A stretch of DNA of 64,000 bases from an uncultured Candidatus Moduliflexus sp. (GCA_964602655.1 CAZRSF010000027.1:3830-67829); one strand, 5' to 3'. Numbered from the stretch's first letter, positions 8,872 to 19,443 are shown. Notes: a model not told the origin generated them from the letters alone. A program made the numbers and translations.

Positions 8872-11800
8872 ATGAAGATGTCCATCCGCACGAAATTTTT
8901 AATTGTGTGCCTGTTTTTAGTGCTCGTCACGATTGCCGGGATTTCGCTGACATACTATACCCTCACCAAACAGGATAAACAGCGGGAATCGCGCCAGCGC
9001 ATTCAGATTGGCTTTGATATTATTCTGAATGATTACACCAGGCGCATCACCATCTATACGCAGAGCGTCAAAAGATTTCTGGCTGAAAATGTCGCGCTGC
9101 TTTGGGCTACCTATACCTACAGTCGCGATCAGAGCGAAGAAGGCACGATCCGTTTTCTGTTCGATAATTTTGCCGACGCTTCGGAAGAACTGCGGCAATT
9201 CGGGCGTGTGGCATCTGCCGACCGCGTGATGCTGTATGGCGCGAATCGGCGCTTGCTGGTCGTGTATCGCCGTGTCGGAGAGCAAGAGTTGAAGGGGGGC
9301 TATTTTGTCTCAGCGGAAGAAGGTGCGCAATATCTCCCGATGAATGACCCGATGACCCTGGCTGAGATTACCTTTCGACGAATCAACAGCGCGTTGCATT
9401 TCAAAAACAAACCATTTCCTGACGTTCCTTTGCCGCCTGGGGTTGCTGCGATCTATGATCAGGATATCCCGGATGATATTTCGATTTATATTTTTAAAGA
9501 GGGCACACAATTAGGGATTCGAATCGTGGCGCCGATTTATCGCCGCGACGTGAAAATGGGGGTGCTGGTGGGGGATGTGTTTTACACCCAGAGCATGATC
9601 GAAGAATATGCCTCCCTGAGTAAAACGGAGATCAACTTTTTCGCGGAAAATCAATTCAGCGTCGGCACGCTCAAAAAACAAATGCTGCTGGATGAGCGCA
9701 TCCTCACCGGGACGATGAGTTGCCAGGATGTGCGTGATCAACTCCAGCATCTCGCGATTACATCGGTCACATTCGGCATTGACACGTATTATCAGGGAGC
9801 ATGTGTTCTGAAAAATGGCGAGAATGCGATTGGGACGATCACGGTGAGTTTATCGCAAGAGATCGAACAGCAAGAGATCGGTAATATTCTCGAAACGGTA
9901 TTCACAACTTCCGGGATTGGCATCCTGATTTGCCTTGCATTAGTCTCCTGGGTTGTTGTGCCGAAATTTACGAATCCGATTCTGCGCCTGGATCATGCCG
10001 CATTACGGATGGCGCAAGGAGATTTGCAGCAGCCGATTGATGTGCGCGGAAATGATGAACTCAGCACATTAGCGCAAAGTTTTGCGCACATGCGTGATGA
10101 GATTCAGCGCAAAATTCAGGAATTAGAGAACCTGAACGCTGAACTTGATCAGCGCGTCGAAAACCGCACTGCCGAACTTGTCCGTCAAAAATATATTCTG
10201 GACATCTTTATGGAAACTGTCCCGGATCGAATTTTCTTTAAAGATCGCGAAGGCAAGATTACTCGCGCGAACGCGGCCTATACTCTTCGCATCGGATTGC
10301 ATAATCCGACAGAAGCTATCGGAAAGACTGTATTTGACCTATTTCCGACTGAAGAGGCGCAAAAACGACACGAACAAGACCTGGAGATTCTTCGTACCGG
10401 CATCCCATTGATTGGCGAAGAAGAAGAACGAGAAGGGAACGACGGGCAGCGAGAATGGGCATTAATTACGAAAATGCCGCTCAGAAACGAGCATGGCGAC
10501 ATTATCGGTACGTTCGGCATCTCTCGTGACATTACATTACTCAAACATAGCGAAGAGGCGCTGCGCCAGGCCAAAGAGTCGGCGGAATCCGCCAGCCGCG
10601 CCAAAAGCGAATTTTTAGCCAACATGAGCCATGAACTGCGTACCCCGTTAAACGTGATGTTAGGGTTCGCGCAAATTATGGCGCGTCACTCCGATATTTC
10701 CGGCGAAAATAGGGAATATCTCGATATTATCCGCCATAGCGGGGAACATTTGCTGAGTCTGATCAATAACGTGTTAGACCTCTCGAAAATCGAAGCCGGA
10801 CGCATGAGCGTCAACGAAAGCACGATTGATCTCTTTCGTCTTTTAAGCGAATTAGAAGAAATGTTCACGCATAAAGCGGCGCAAAAACATCTGAGCGTCA
10901 TCTTCGAACAGGCTGAACATACGCCGCAATACGTCTATCTTGACGCGCCAAAGTTGCGGCAGGTATTAATCAATCTCTTGAATAACGCCATTAAATTTAC
11001 CGAAGAAGGCGGAATCGCCGTGCGTGTCAAGCCTGTGGAAGCGCCTGCGGCGATGCCTGAGCAGCAGAATCGCTGCTGGCTGCGTTTTGAGGTGGAAGAC
11101 ACCGGACCGGGCATTGCCCCGGAAGAAGCCGGTATGCTGTTCGAAGCTTTCGGACAGACGAAGACCGGGCGTCAAGCCCAGGAAGGCACGGGATTAGGCT
11201 TGACAATCAGCCAGCGGTTTGTGCAGTTGTTAGGCGGCGAGATTCATGTCAACAGCATTGTGGCGCAAGGCACGACATTTTCATTTACCATTCCTGTTGA
11301 GGTCGCGCAGGGACAGGAGACCGCCAATCTGCTCCCGTCGCGCCGAATTATCGCCTTAGAACCGGGGCAGCCGCGTTATCGTATTCTTGTCGTTGATGAC
11401 AAGCCGGGTAATCGTCATGTGTTGACAAGGTTATTGACTCCCTTTGGTTTCGACGTTGCGGAAGCCGTGAATGGGCAGGAAGCGCTTGCCGTGTGGCGCG
11501 AATTCAAGCCGCACTTGATTTGGATGGATATTCGTATGCCGGTCATGAATGGCTATGAGGCGACGCGGCAGATGAAAGCCAGCGCCGAAGGTCGGGCAAC
11601 TGTCGTGATTGCCTTGACAGCGAGCGGATTTGATGACGAACATGAAAAAGTGCTGGCTGCCGGATGTGATGGCTTTCTGCATAAACCTTTCCGGGAAACA
11701 GATATTTTCGAAATGATGCAGAAATACCTCGGCGTGCGTTATGTCTATGAAGAATCCCGCGACGCTGAACGTATCATCACGCCAGCAACATTTCGAGATG

Positions 11801-12009
11801 TGTTGTCGCCCGAAGCGATCTTGGCGATCCCGTCTGAGATGCTGGCTGAGATGCGCCAGGCGGTTATCGAGGTCGATCCGTCGAAGATGCATCAGATGAT
11901 CGTCATGATCCGGCATGAACATCAGGCGCTTGCCGAAGCCTTAGAAGCGTTAATCAAAGAATTCCGGTTCGACATTTTGCAATCCATCTTTGAGGAACTC
12001 GACGCATGA
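8872..12009 (+). CDS. Hybrid sensor histidine kinase (TM-extracytoplasmic sensor-TM-HAMP-PAS-HisKA-HATPase-REC)
   Basis: ANMSHELRTPLN H-box. DTGPGI and GTGLGL ATP-lid motifs. Receiver domain with VVDDKPGNR...WMDIRMP. Start chosen at the ATG at 8872 (MKMSIRTKF) with AAGGG upstream. Confidence 0.9.
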   Translation: MKMSIRTKFLIVCLFLVLVTIAGISLTYYTLTKQDKQRESRQRIQIGFDIILNDYTRRITIYTQSVKRFLAENVALLWATYTYSRDQSEEGTIRFLFDNFADASEELRQFGRVASADRVMLYGANRRLLVVYRRVGEQELKGGYFVSAEEGAQYLPMNDPMTLAEITFRRINSALHFKNKPFPDVPLPPGVAAIYDQDIPDDISIYIFKEGTQLGIRIVAPIYRRDVKMGVLVGDVFYTQSMIEEYASLSKTEINFFAENQFSVGTLKKQMLLDERILTGTMSCQDVRDQLQHLAITSVTFGIDTYYQGACVLKNGENAIGTITVSLSQEIEQQEIGNILETVFTTSGIGILICLALVSWVVVPKFTNPILRLDHAALRMAQGDLQQPIDVRGNDELSTLAQSFAHMRDEIQRKIQELENLNAELDQRVENRTAELVRQKYILDIFMETVPDRIFFKDREGKITRANAAYTLRIGLHNPTEAIGKTVFDLFPTEEAQKRHEQDLEILRTGIPLIGEEEEREGNDGQREWALITKMPLRNEHGDIIGTFGISRDITLLKHSEEALRQAKESAESASRAKSEFLANMSHELRTPLNVMLGFAQIMARHSDISGENREYLDIIRHSGEHLLSLINNVLDLSKIEAGRMSVNESTIDLFRLLSELEEMFTHKAAQKHLSVIFEQAEHTPQYVYLDAPKLRQVLINLLNNAIKFTEEGGIAVRVKPVEAPAAMPEQQNRCWLRFEVEDTGPGIAPEEAGMLFEAFGQTKTGRQAQEGTGLGLTISQRFVQLLGGEIHVNSIVAQGTTFSFTIPVEVAQGQETANLLPSRRIIALEPGQPRYRILVVDDKPGNRHVLTRLLTPFGFDVAEAVNGQEALAVWREFKPHLIWMDIRMPVMNGYEATRQMKASAEGRATVVIALTASGFDDEHEKVLAAGCDGFLHKPFRETDIFEMMQKYLGVRYVYEESRDAERIITPATFRDVLSPEAILAIPSEMLAEMRQAVIEVDPSKMHQMIVMIRHEHQALAEALEALIKEFRFDILQSIFEELDA

Positions 12010-13952
12010 ACACCAATGTATTGATGGCGAATATTTTACTGATTGATGACAACCCTCAAAATCTCGCGGCCTTGTCTCGCATTCTTTCAGAATACCACTA
12101 TCAGGTGCGAACGGCCATTAATGGGCAAATTGCCTTAAAATCCATTCAACATCGCCCGCCGGATTTGATTCTGCTCGATATTATGATGCCGAATATGGAT
12201 GGCTATGAAGTGTGCAGCATTTTGAAAGCTCAGGAAGAGACGCGCGATATTCCGATTATCTTTTTGAGCGCGTTGGATGCGCCGTTAGACAAAGTCAAAG
12301 CCTTTCAGGTCGGCGGCGTGGATTATATCACCAAGCCGTTTCAGATGGATGAAGTCGTGGCGCGAGTGCAGACACATCTCGCGCTGAAACTGATGCGCGA
12401 ACAGCTTCAAGCCCAGAATCGCGAGTTAGACGCCTATCGCCACCATCTTGAAGAATTGGTGGAGCAGCGTACCGAAGAACTGCGCCGCGCCAACGCGCAA
12501 CTGCACGGCGAAATCATGGAGCGCACTCGCGCCGAAGAGGCGTTACGCGCCAGTGAACAGCAGTATCGCGTGATGGCGGAACAGGCGCTGGACGGCATCC
12601 TCATTCTTCGAGAACAGCGTATTATCTTTTGTAACGCCGCCTTCATCTCCATTGCGGCGCGTCCTGCAAAACAGATCATGGAACAGAACGTGCTCGATTT
12701 TTTTCCTGAAGCGGCGCGGCGGCATATCTGGGAGCAATTGCAATCGCAGGAAACTCCGCCGTCGGAATGGCAGGAGCAATTGCTGCGGAACGGCGGCGCA
12801 TTATGGGTAGAATTGGAATATGCCTCGATTGTGTGGAATAGCCAGCCTGCAACCCTGTTAACCATCCGTGATGTGCATGACTGCAAGCTTCGGGAGCTAC
12901 ATCTGGAAGAAGAGCGCGAACGCCTTCAGAAAGAGAATTCGACCTTCAAATCTACCTTGACCGAACGGTATCGCTTCGGCGAACTCATCGGAAAAAGCCA
13001 GCCCATGCAGCGCGTGTACGAATTAGCCATGAGCGCGGCGACCTCCGACGTGAATACGCTGATTGTCGGGGAATCCGGCACAGGCAAAGAATTGATTGCG
13101 CGAACGATTTACCAGATCAGCGCGCGGAAACAGCAGGCGTTTGTGGCGGTGAATTGCGCCTCCATTCCGGAAACGTTGTTCGAACGGGAATTTTTCGGCC
13201 ACCGCAAAGGGGCGTTTACTGGCGCGGATCGCGATAAGGCCGGGTTTTTTGATCAAGCGCATCGCGGAGTCTTATTTTTGGATGAAGTGACGGAATTGAC
13301 GCCGGGCATGCAGGCGAAATTGCTGCGCGCACTGCAAAACGGCGAATATGTTCCTCTCGGCAGCACGACACCGAAGCAGGCCAATGTGCTGCTGATTGCG
13401 GCGACCAATAAAGAGTGGAAAACCTTGCTTCAGCAGGGCAAATTGCGCGAAGACTTTTTTTATCGCATCTGCGTGATTGAAATCCCTGTTCCCCCGCTTC
13501 GCGAGCGAAAAGACGACTTATTGCTATTGATTGAGCATTTTTTAGAGTTAGCGCGCCGCAAACGGGAATCGCTCCCGGCAAATGCGCCGCGCATCCCGGC
13601 GACGCTGCCGGGGCATGTGTCCGATTCCTTCTATCGCTATGATTGGCCAGGAAACGTGCGCGAACTGCAAAACACGTTGCAACGCTATCTTGCGACGCAG
13701 CATTTGAACGGCAATTTGCCGCTGATTCAGCAGCATCAGAATGCGTCAGCCCGCGTGTTGTCATCATCAACGCCGAATATCGAGGGGTTGTCGCTGCCGG
13801 ACGCGATCAATGCATTCGAAAAACAGGTGATTATCGAGGCGTTGGACAAGAATCAGCAGCATAAAATCCAGACCGCCAAAATGTTGGGCATTCCCCGCAG
13901 CACCCTGCATCGGAAGATCAAGGAGCATGGCATTGCGGATTTGGAGCGGTAA
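12006..13952 (+). CDS. Sigma-54-dependent Fis-family response regulator (REC-PAS-AAA+-HTH)
   Basis: REC domain (LLIDDNPQN...DIMMPNMDGYEV). Walker A GESGTGKE. GAFTGA sigma-54 contact motif. C-terminal Fis-type HTH. ATGA overlap with the kinase stop. Confidence 0.9.
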   Translation: MNTNVLMANILLIDDNPQNLAALSRILSEYHYQVRTAINGQIALKSIQHRPPDLILLDIMMPNMDGYEVCSILKAQEETRDIPIIFLSALDAPLDKVKAFQVGGVDYITKPFQMDEVVARVQTHLALKLMREQLQAQNRELDAYRHHLEELVEQRTEELRRANAQLHGEIMERTRAEEALRASEQQYRVMAEQALDGILILREQRIIFCNAAFISIAARPAKQIMEQNVLDFFPEAARRHIWEQLQSQETPPSEWQEQLLRNGGALWVELEYASIVWNSQPATLLTIRDVHDCKLRELHLEEERERLQKENSTFKSTLTERYRFGELIGKSQPMQRVYELAMSAATSDVNTLIVGESGTGKELIARTIYQISARKQQAFVAVNCASIPETLFEREFFGHRKGAFTGADRDKAGFFDQAHRGVLFLDEVTELTPGMQAKLLRALQNGEYVPLGSTTPKQANVLLIAATNKEWKTLLQQGKLREDFFYRICVIEIPVPPLRERKDDLLLLIEHFLELARRKRESLPANAPRIPATLPGHVSDSFYRYDWPGNVRELQNTLQRYLATQHLNGNLPLIQQHQNASARVLSSSTPNIEGLSLPDAINAFEKQVIIEALDKNQQHKIQTAKMLGIPRSTLHRKIKEHGIADLER

Positions 13953-13975
13953 ATGTGGCATGTCCTAAAAATGAA

Positions 13976-14008
13976 GCGCTGTCCATTTTTGGGACAGCGC
14001 CATTTTTA
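13976..14008 (+). terminator. Rho-independent terminator after the response regulator gene
   Basis: Perfect 9-bp stem GCGCTGTCC / GGACAGCGC with a 6-nt loop, followed by CATTTTTA. Confidence 0.6.
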
Positions 14009-14128
14009 CGGTATTGCTAAGTACATGTCCTCGTTTTTCTGTTGATTGTCTTGTTTTTGAGACACCTTCCGATGAATTTGCCAATAGATACGCACCGCTT
14101 CCCCCTGTTAAAAGGGGTTTCGTCGAGT

Positions 14129-14144
14129 TGGCATCACACTTGCT
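14129..14144 (+). promoter_or_regulatory. Candidate sigma-54 (-24/-12) promoter upstream of the rhamnose transporter operon
   Basis: TGGCAT-N5-TTGCT matches the TGGCAC-N5-TTGCW consensus. It lies ~140 nt upstream of the substrate-binding protein start and immediately downstream of a sigma-54 activator gene. Confidence 0.45.
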
Positions 14145-14281
14145 ATATTATGATAAACGTCAAACATCATTTGACACACAAGCGACACAACAACTTCATA
14201 AACCTAATCAAGGAGGCAGTATTCGATAAATGGCTGACCGAAAACGGGAAGGCATTTTTTGAGGTACTGGTATCTCGCCGT

Positions 14282-15289
14282 ATGAAACAATTTTTTCAAG
14301 CAATGTCTGTGGCAGTTGCTATTTTGATGGGAGTTGCGTTGGTTGGTCAAACCGCTGATGCGCAGTGCAAAGATAAACATGACAAGAAGATCGTTGTCGG
14401 TTTTTCTCAGATCGGCGCAGAAAGCGCATGGCGCGCAGCCAACACCGAATCTATTCAGAAAGAAGCTGAAAAACGCAGCGAATGTATCGAATTGAAGTTC
14501 TCGGATGCCCAGCAGAAACAGGAAAACCAGATTAAAGCGATTCGTTCGTTCATTGCGCAGGGCGTGGATGTCATCGCCTTCTCTCCTGTCGTGGAAAGCG
14601 GTTGGGAACCTGTCTTGAAAGAAGCCAAAGATGCTGGCATTCCAGTGATTTTGAGCGACCGCGCTGTTGATGTGAGCGACGATACGTTGTGGGTGTCGTT
14701 TATGGGGTCTGACTTCGTCGAAGAAGGCCGCCGTACAGCAAAATGGCTGGTGGAAAACTATGAAAAAGTGAAACGCGCTGACAAAACGATGGATAAAGTG
14801 CGGATTGTCGAATTACAGGGCACAGTTGGTTCTGCTCCTGCGAATGATCGTTTCGCCGGATTCCGCGAAGTGCTGAAAGATCATCCGAATTTCGAAATCG
14901 TGAAAACCCAGAGCGCAGACTTCACCCGCGCTGGTGGCAAACAAGTCATGGAAGCCTTCCTGAAAGCCGAAGGCGACAAGATTGATGTGGTGTACGGCCA
15001 TAATGATGACAGCGCGCTCGGCGCAATTCAGGCGATTGAAGAAGCTGGCATGAAACCTGGCAAAGACATTATCATCGTGTCTATTGATGCCGTTCGCGGC
15101 GCATTCGAAGCGATGGTCGAAGGCAAGTTGAATGCGACCATCGAATGCAGCCCGTTACTTGGACCGCAGTTGTTTGACGCTGTCGAAGATTTAGCGTTAG
15201 GCAAAGAATTGCCGAAACGGATCGTGACGGAAGAAGGCGTGTTCCCTGCTGAAGTCGCAAAAGAAACCCTCCCGCTGAGAACATATTAA
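14282..15289 (+). CDS. Rhamnose/monosaccharide ABC transporter periplasmic substrate-binding protein (RhaS-type SBP)
   Basis: The ORF 14042..15289 is trimmed to MKQFFQAMS. It has a signal peptide then a periplasmic-binding-protein fold (VVGFSQIGAESAWR). First gene of a SBP-ATPase-permease-permease set adjacent to rhaA. Confidence 0.8.
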   Translation: MKQFFQAMSVAVAILMGVALVGQTADAQCKDKHDKKIVVGFSQIGAESAWRAANTESIQKEAEKRSECIELKFSDAQQKQENQIKAIRSFIAQGVDVIAFSPVVESGWEPVLKEAKDAGIPVILSDRAVDVSDDTLWVSFMGSDFVEEGRRTAKWLVENYEKVKRADKTMDKVRIVELQGTVGSAPANDRFAGFREVLKDHPNFEIVKTQSADFTRAGGKQVMEAFLKAEGDKIDVVYGHNDDSALGAIQAIEEAGMKPGKDIIIVSIDAVRGAFEAMVEGKLNATIECSPLLGPQLFDAVEDLALGKELPKRIVTEEGVFPAEVAKETLPLRTY

Positions 15290-15302
15290 TCCCACACCAT
15301 TC

Positions 15303-15345
15303 GCGCGAAGGCAGCCTGCCTTCGCGCGAGCCTGCTCGCCTTTTT
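15303..15345 (+). terminator. Intra-operon hairpin/partial terminator after the SBP gene
   Basis: 13-bp perfect stem CGCGCGAAGGCAG/CTGCCTTCGCGCG followed by GCCTTTTTTCC. Confidence 0.5.
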
Positions 15346-15575
15346 TCCTCACGCGATTTCGGGAGTCATGGAATGATATACCACCAACAGATATTTGCCC
15401 ATCATCTTGAAACGGCATCTTTGAGCGCATCATGCGCAACGATAGAATCGAAAGAACAAGACATGTATCAACGTTATCTCGCATTTATAAAACAGAAGGG
15501 GCAAAAAAGGCGGTATCGTTCGATTGCAGCAGAATTAGCCCACAAGACGTTCGACAACCATGAGGAGGAGTCGTA

Positions 15576-17099
15576 ATGGAACCGAACCATAAAATTCTTC
15601 TTGAAATTCGCGGATTAAGTAAGACGTTTCCTGGCGTAAAAGCCCTGTCAGGCGTGGATTTTTTTCTGAGAGCCGGAGAAGTGCATTGTTTGATGGGAGA
15701 AAACGGCGCGGGAAAATCTACCTTAATTAAAGTGTTTACCGGGTTATACAAAAAAGACGGCGGGAAAGTATTGTACGAAGGGCGGCCATTCGAAATTTCA
15801 TCGCCAGTGGAAGCCCCTCAGCACGGCATCAGCACGGTGTATCAGGAGATCAACCTGATTCCGGCGTTGTCTGTTGCGGAAAATATCTATCTTGGCCGCC
15901 AACCGATGAAACAGGGTCGCATTGATTGGAAAGCCATTAACCAGGGCGCGCGCGCGGCGCTGAAAAAATTAGATGTGGATATTGATGTCACGCAGCCTGT
16001 TATTTCATACTCTGTCGCGATTCAGCAATTAGTCGCAATTGCCCGCGCACTCGATATTTCGGCAAAAATTTTAATTTTGGATGAGCCGACCTCCAGCCTT
16101 GATGCGCAGGAAGTCGAACAATTATTCAGTTTGATCCGCAAATTAAAAGGTGAAGGCATTGCGATTATCTTCGTCACCCACTTTCTTGATCAGGTGTATC
16201 AAATTTCCGACCGGATTACAGTGTTGCGAAACGGCGAATTAGTCGGGGAATACAAAACCGCCGAATTGCCTCGTCTTGAGTTGATTGCGCGGATGTTAGG
16301 CAAACGGTTGGAAGAATTCGTCAGCGAAAGCGGGGCCAATCTTGTCACAAAAGAAGAGCAGGGCAAAAAACCGTTTATTCAGGTTCGCGGATTGGAACGT
16401 AAAGGCGCGATAGCCCCATTCGATTTGGATATTCGCGAAGGAGAAGTGCTGGGATTGGCCGGATTGTTAGGCTCTGGCCGCACAGAAATCGCGCGGCTGC
16501 TGTTTGGCATTGATAAAGCGCATTCTGGCAAAGTGTTGTTAGATGGCAACGAGACGGATATTTCTTCGCCGCATAAAGCGATTGACGCGAAATTCGCGTT
16601 CTGCCCGGAAGACCGCAAAACCGAGGGGATTATTCCTGATTTGACCGTGCGGGAAAACATTATTTTAGCGTTGCAAGGCACCAAAGGCATTTTTAAGACG
16701 CTCTCAAAACGCGAGCAGATGGAAATTGTTGATAAATACATCAAAGCCCTGGCAATCAAAACGCCGAATGCCGAACAATTGGTCAAAAACCTGAGCGGCG
16801 GCAATCAGCAAAAAGTGATTGTGTCCCGCTGGCTCGCCTCGAACCCGCGCTTTTTGATTCTCGATGAACCAACTCGCGGTATTGATGTCGGCGCAAAAGC
16901 GGAAATTCAAAAATTAGTAATCGCGTTGAGCCGTGAAGAACAAATGGCGATTTTGTTTATCTCGTCCGAATTGGAAGAAGTGATTCGATGCAGCGATCGT
17001 GTGGCCGTGTTGCGAGATCGCCGGAAAATAGGCGAATTAGTCGGCGATCAAATCGAAGAAACGCATATTATGCACACGATTGCGAAGAAGGAGGATTAA
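15576..17099 (+). CDS. Sugar ABC transporter ATP-binding protein with duplicated ABC domains (RhaT/RbsA-like)
   Basis: Two Walker A motifs (GENGAGKST and GLLGSGRTE). Two LSGG signatures. 507 aa. GAGGAGGAG RBS. Confidence 0.9.
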   Translation: MEPNHKILLEIRGLSKTFPGVKALSGVDFFLRAGEVHCLMGENGAGKSTLIKVFTGLYKKDGGKVLYEGRPFEISSPVEAPQHGISTVYQEINLIPALSVAENIYLGRQPMKQGRIDWKAINQGARAALKKLDVDIDVTQPVISYSVAIQQLVAIARALDISAKILILDEPTSSLDAQEVEQLFSLIRKLKGEGIAIIFVTHFLDQVYQISDRITVLRNGELVGEYKTAELPRLELIARMLGKRLEEFVSESGANLVTKEEQGKKPFIQVRGLERKGAIAPFDLDIREGEVLGLAGLLGSGRTEIARLLFGIDKAHSGKVLLDGNETDISSPHKAIDAKFAFCPEDRKTEGIIPDLTVRENIILALQGTKGIFKTLSKREQMEIVDKYIKALAIKTPNAEQLVKNLSGGNQQKVIVSRWLASNPRFLILDEPTRGIDVGAKAEIQKLVIALSREEQMAILFISSELEEVIRCSDRVAVLRDRRKIGELVGDQIEETHIMHTIAKKED

Positions 17100-17101
17100 A
17101 C

Positions 17102-18187
17102 ATGAAATCTTGGTTGATGCGGTTCAAATCCGATCAGGCGCAAAAAGTGTTATGGCCGGTCGTGGCCTTATGTCTGATCTTGTTATTTAACTTTTTCTTT
17201 ACGCCCGGATTCTTTCGGATTACGATCAAAGACGGCCATTTATTCGGCAGTTTGGTGGATATTCTGAATCGCGGCGCTCCGACGCTGCTGCTGACGCTCG
17301 GTATGACGCTGGTCTATGCGACTGGCGGCGTTGATCTGTCAGTCGGCTCTATTTTAGCGATTTCCGGCGCGTTAGCCGCCTATCTGATCCGTCCGGGATA
17401 TGCAAACGGCATTCTGGAATATCCTGATCCTCCAACGTCAATTATCATTGCAGTCGCGCTGCCGCTGCTGCTCGCGTTGGTGGCCGGAGCGTGGAACGGA
17501 TTCTTAGTCGCCTATCTCGATATTCAGCCCATCATCGCCACACTGATTTTGATGGTTGCCGGGCGCGGTATTGCCCAGTTAATTACCAAAGGTCAGATCG
17601 TGATTTTTATTCATGGACCATTCGAATTTGTGGGCGGCGGCTTTTTATTCGGGCTGCCATTCCCGGTTGTTTTGACAATCATGATGATTGCCATTACGTT
17701 TTTTCTGACGCGCAAAACAGCGTTAGGGATGTTTATCGAAGCGGTCGGCGCGAATCCGAAAGCCAGCCGATTCATGGGCTTGCAAGCGCAGAAAATTAAA
17801 TTGATGTTGTATGTCTTCTCCGGATTTTGCTCTGGCCTTGCCGGGTTAATGATCTGTTCGAATATTCGCGGCGCGGACGCCAATAATGCTGGCTTATTCT
17901 TAGAATTAGACGCCATCGCGTCGGTGATTATTGGCGGAACGCTGAATGGAGGCCGATTTACGCTGGCCGGTTCTGTCGTCGGGACGCTGATTATCCAGAG
18001 CCTGACCACGACGATTTTAACGCGCGGCATCGCCCCGGAAGTCACATTGGTCTATAAAGCGATTGTGATTATTCTTGTCGTCTTGATTCAATCGGAAAAC
18101 TTTCGCAAATTGTTGACCGGATATGTCGGCGCCATGAAAGCGAATGACGCGTCCATCCCCGCATCGTCAGCGAAAGAAGCGAAATAA
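17102..18187 (+). CDS. ABC transporter permease (RhaP/RbsC-like)
   Basis: Polytopic membrane protein of the BPD_transp_2 family. Start at MKSWLMRFKS. Confidence 0.85.
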   Translation: MKSWLMRFKSDQAQKVLWPVVALCLILLFNFFFTPGFFRITIKDGHLFGSLVDILNRGAPTLLLTLGMTLVYATGGVDLSVGSILAISGALAAYLIRPGYANGILEYPDPPTSIIIAVALPLLLALVAGAWNGFLVAYLDIQPIIATLILMVAGRGIAQLITKGQIVIFIHGPFEFVGGGFLFGLPFPVVLTIMMIAITFFLTRKTALGMFIEAVGANPKASRFMGLQAQKIKLMLYVFSGFCSGLAGLMICSNIRGADANNAGLFLELDAIASVIIGGTLNGGRFTLAGSVVGTLIIQSLTTTILTRGIAPEVTLVYKAIVIILVVLIQSENFRKLLTGYVGAMKANDASIPASSAKEAK

Positions 18188-18243
18188 TAATACTAAATTA
18201 GACCTCATCGGTTGTAGAGACCTGTGAGGTCTGAAGAGAGAGG

Positions 18244-19239
18244 ATGAATCTTATGAAAATACGGCTGAATCAACGCAATATTCCGATTCTCGCCACCTTT
18301 GCCGTGTTTGTGCTGATTTACATTATCGGCTCGTTGATGTATCGGAATTTCTTTTCCTTGCGCGTATTTGTCAATTTGCTGATTGATAATGCCTTTGTCG
18401 GCGTCATCGCGGTGGGCATGACCTTTGTGATTATTTCTGGCGGGATCGACCTGTCAGTCGGCTCGCTTGTTGCCTTCACCGGAGTGTTGACCGCCAAATT
18501 GGTGACCGTCTATCACGTCCATCCATTAATCGTGATTCTGTTAGCGTTATTGATTGGGGCGAGCATGGGCTTTACGATGGGAAGCCTGATTCATCACTTC
18601 GCGCTCCCGCCATTTTTGGTGACGCTGGTTGGGATGTTTTTAATGCGAGGATTATCGTTCCAATTAACACTCAGTTCGATTGCCATTCAGGATAATCCGT
18701 TTCTGTTCAAGCTGACCTCAATCGGCATTCCGCTCGCCAAGCGCGTCAAACTCCCGCTTGGCACGGCGATTGTCTTTTTAGCGATTGTGGCGATTGGCAT
18801 CTATATTTCCCATTACACCAAATTCGGGCGCAATGTCTATGCTATCGGCGGCAACGAGCAGTCGGCGATTTTGATGGGGTTGCCAGTCGGCAAAACAAAG
18901 GTGATGATTTACACATTCAATAGCACCTTATGCGCACTTGGCGGAGTGGTCTATACGCTCTATACATTGTCAGGCTATCCATTAGCGTGCATGGGCTTGG
19001 AAATGGATGCGATTGCGGCGGTCGTCATCGGCGGCACGCTGCTCTCCGGCGGCGCAGGCTATATCGAGGGTACGCTGCTCGGTGTGCTGATTTTGGGCTT
19101 GATTCAGACGTTTATCACCTTCCAGGGCACATTAAGTTCCTGGTGGACAAAAATCGTGATTGGGATTCTGCTGTTCATCTTCATCCTACTGCAAACCTAC
19201 ATCACCAAAACGTCGGCTCTCTCGGCGCGAAAAGCGTAA
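18244..19239 (+). CDS. ABC transporter permease (RhaQ/RbsC-like)
   Basis: Second polytopic permease, paralogous to the upstream one. Confidence 0.85.
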   Translation: MNLMKIRLNQRNIPILATFAVFVLIYIIGSLMYRNFFSLRVFVNLLIDNAFVGVIAVGMTFVIISGGIDLSVGSLVAFTGVLTAKLVTVYHVHPLIVILLALLIGASMGFTMGSLIHHFALPPFLVTLVGMFLMRGLSFQLTLSSIAIQDNPFLFKLTSIGIPLAKRVKLPLGTAIVFLAIVAIGIYISHYTKFGRNVYAIGGNEQSAILMGLPVGKTKVMIYTFNSTLCALGGVVYTLYTLSGYPLACMGLEMDAIAAVVIGGTLLSGGAGYIEGTLLGVLILGLIQTFITFQGTLSSWWTKIVIGILLFIFILLQTYITKTSALSARKA

Positions 19240-19251
19240 GCGCCAGCATCA

Positions 19252-19279
19252 CCCTGCCAGGATTCGAAACCCTGGCAGG
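19252..19279. repeat. Family A palindromic element (CCCTGCCAGG-ATTCGAAA-CCCTGGCAGG)
   Basis: Inverted repeat immediately after the second permease gene stop. Confidence 0.7.
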
Positions 19280-19414
19280 ATTCATCGGCAAATCACAAAG
19301 AGTTTCCTTTGATTTTACATCGTTGAAAGCCTCCTGTTTATAGGCAAATCACCGAAACCATTTCTCCTAAAAAAATCCTCGCAAGTGTTTATGTTATCGT
19401 TCACATAAAATTTC

Positions 19415-19443
19415 TTGACAGAAATAACCGACTTTCCGATATT
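19415..19443 (+). promoter_or_regulatory. Candidate sigma-70 promoter for rhaA
   Basis: TTGACA, a 17-nt spacer, then GATATT. About 65 nt upstream of the rhaA ATG, which has a GGAGGA RBS. Confidence 0.4.

Noticed and set aside
14042-14281. 80-aa N-terminal extension of the SBP ORF
   Set aside because: It lies in the promoter/leader region and contains the sigma-54 match. The signal peptide begins at the Met at 14282.
15373-15576. 67-aa ORF between the SBP and ATPase genes of the rhamnose transporter
   Set aside because: It overlaps the ATPase RBS, has no SD of its own, and sits where an attenuator hairpin plus leader is expected. It is probably non-coding.
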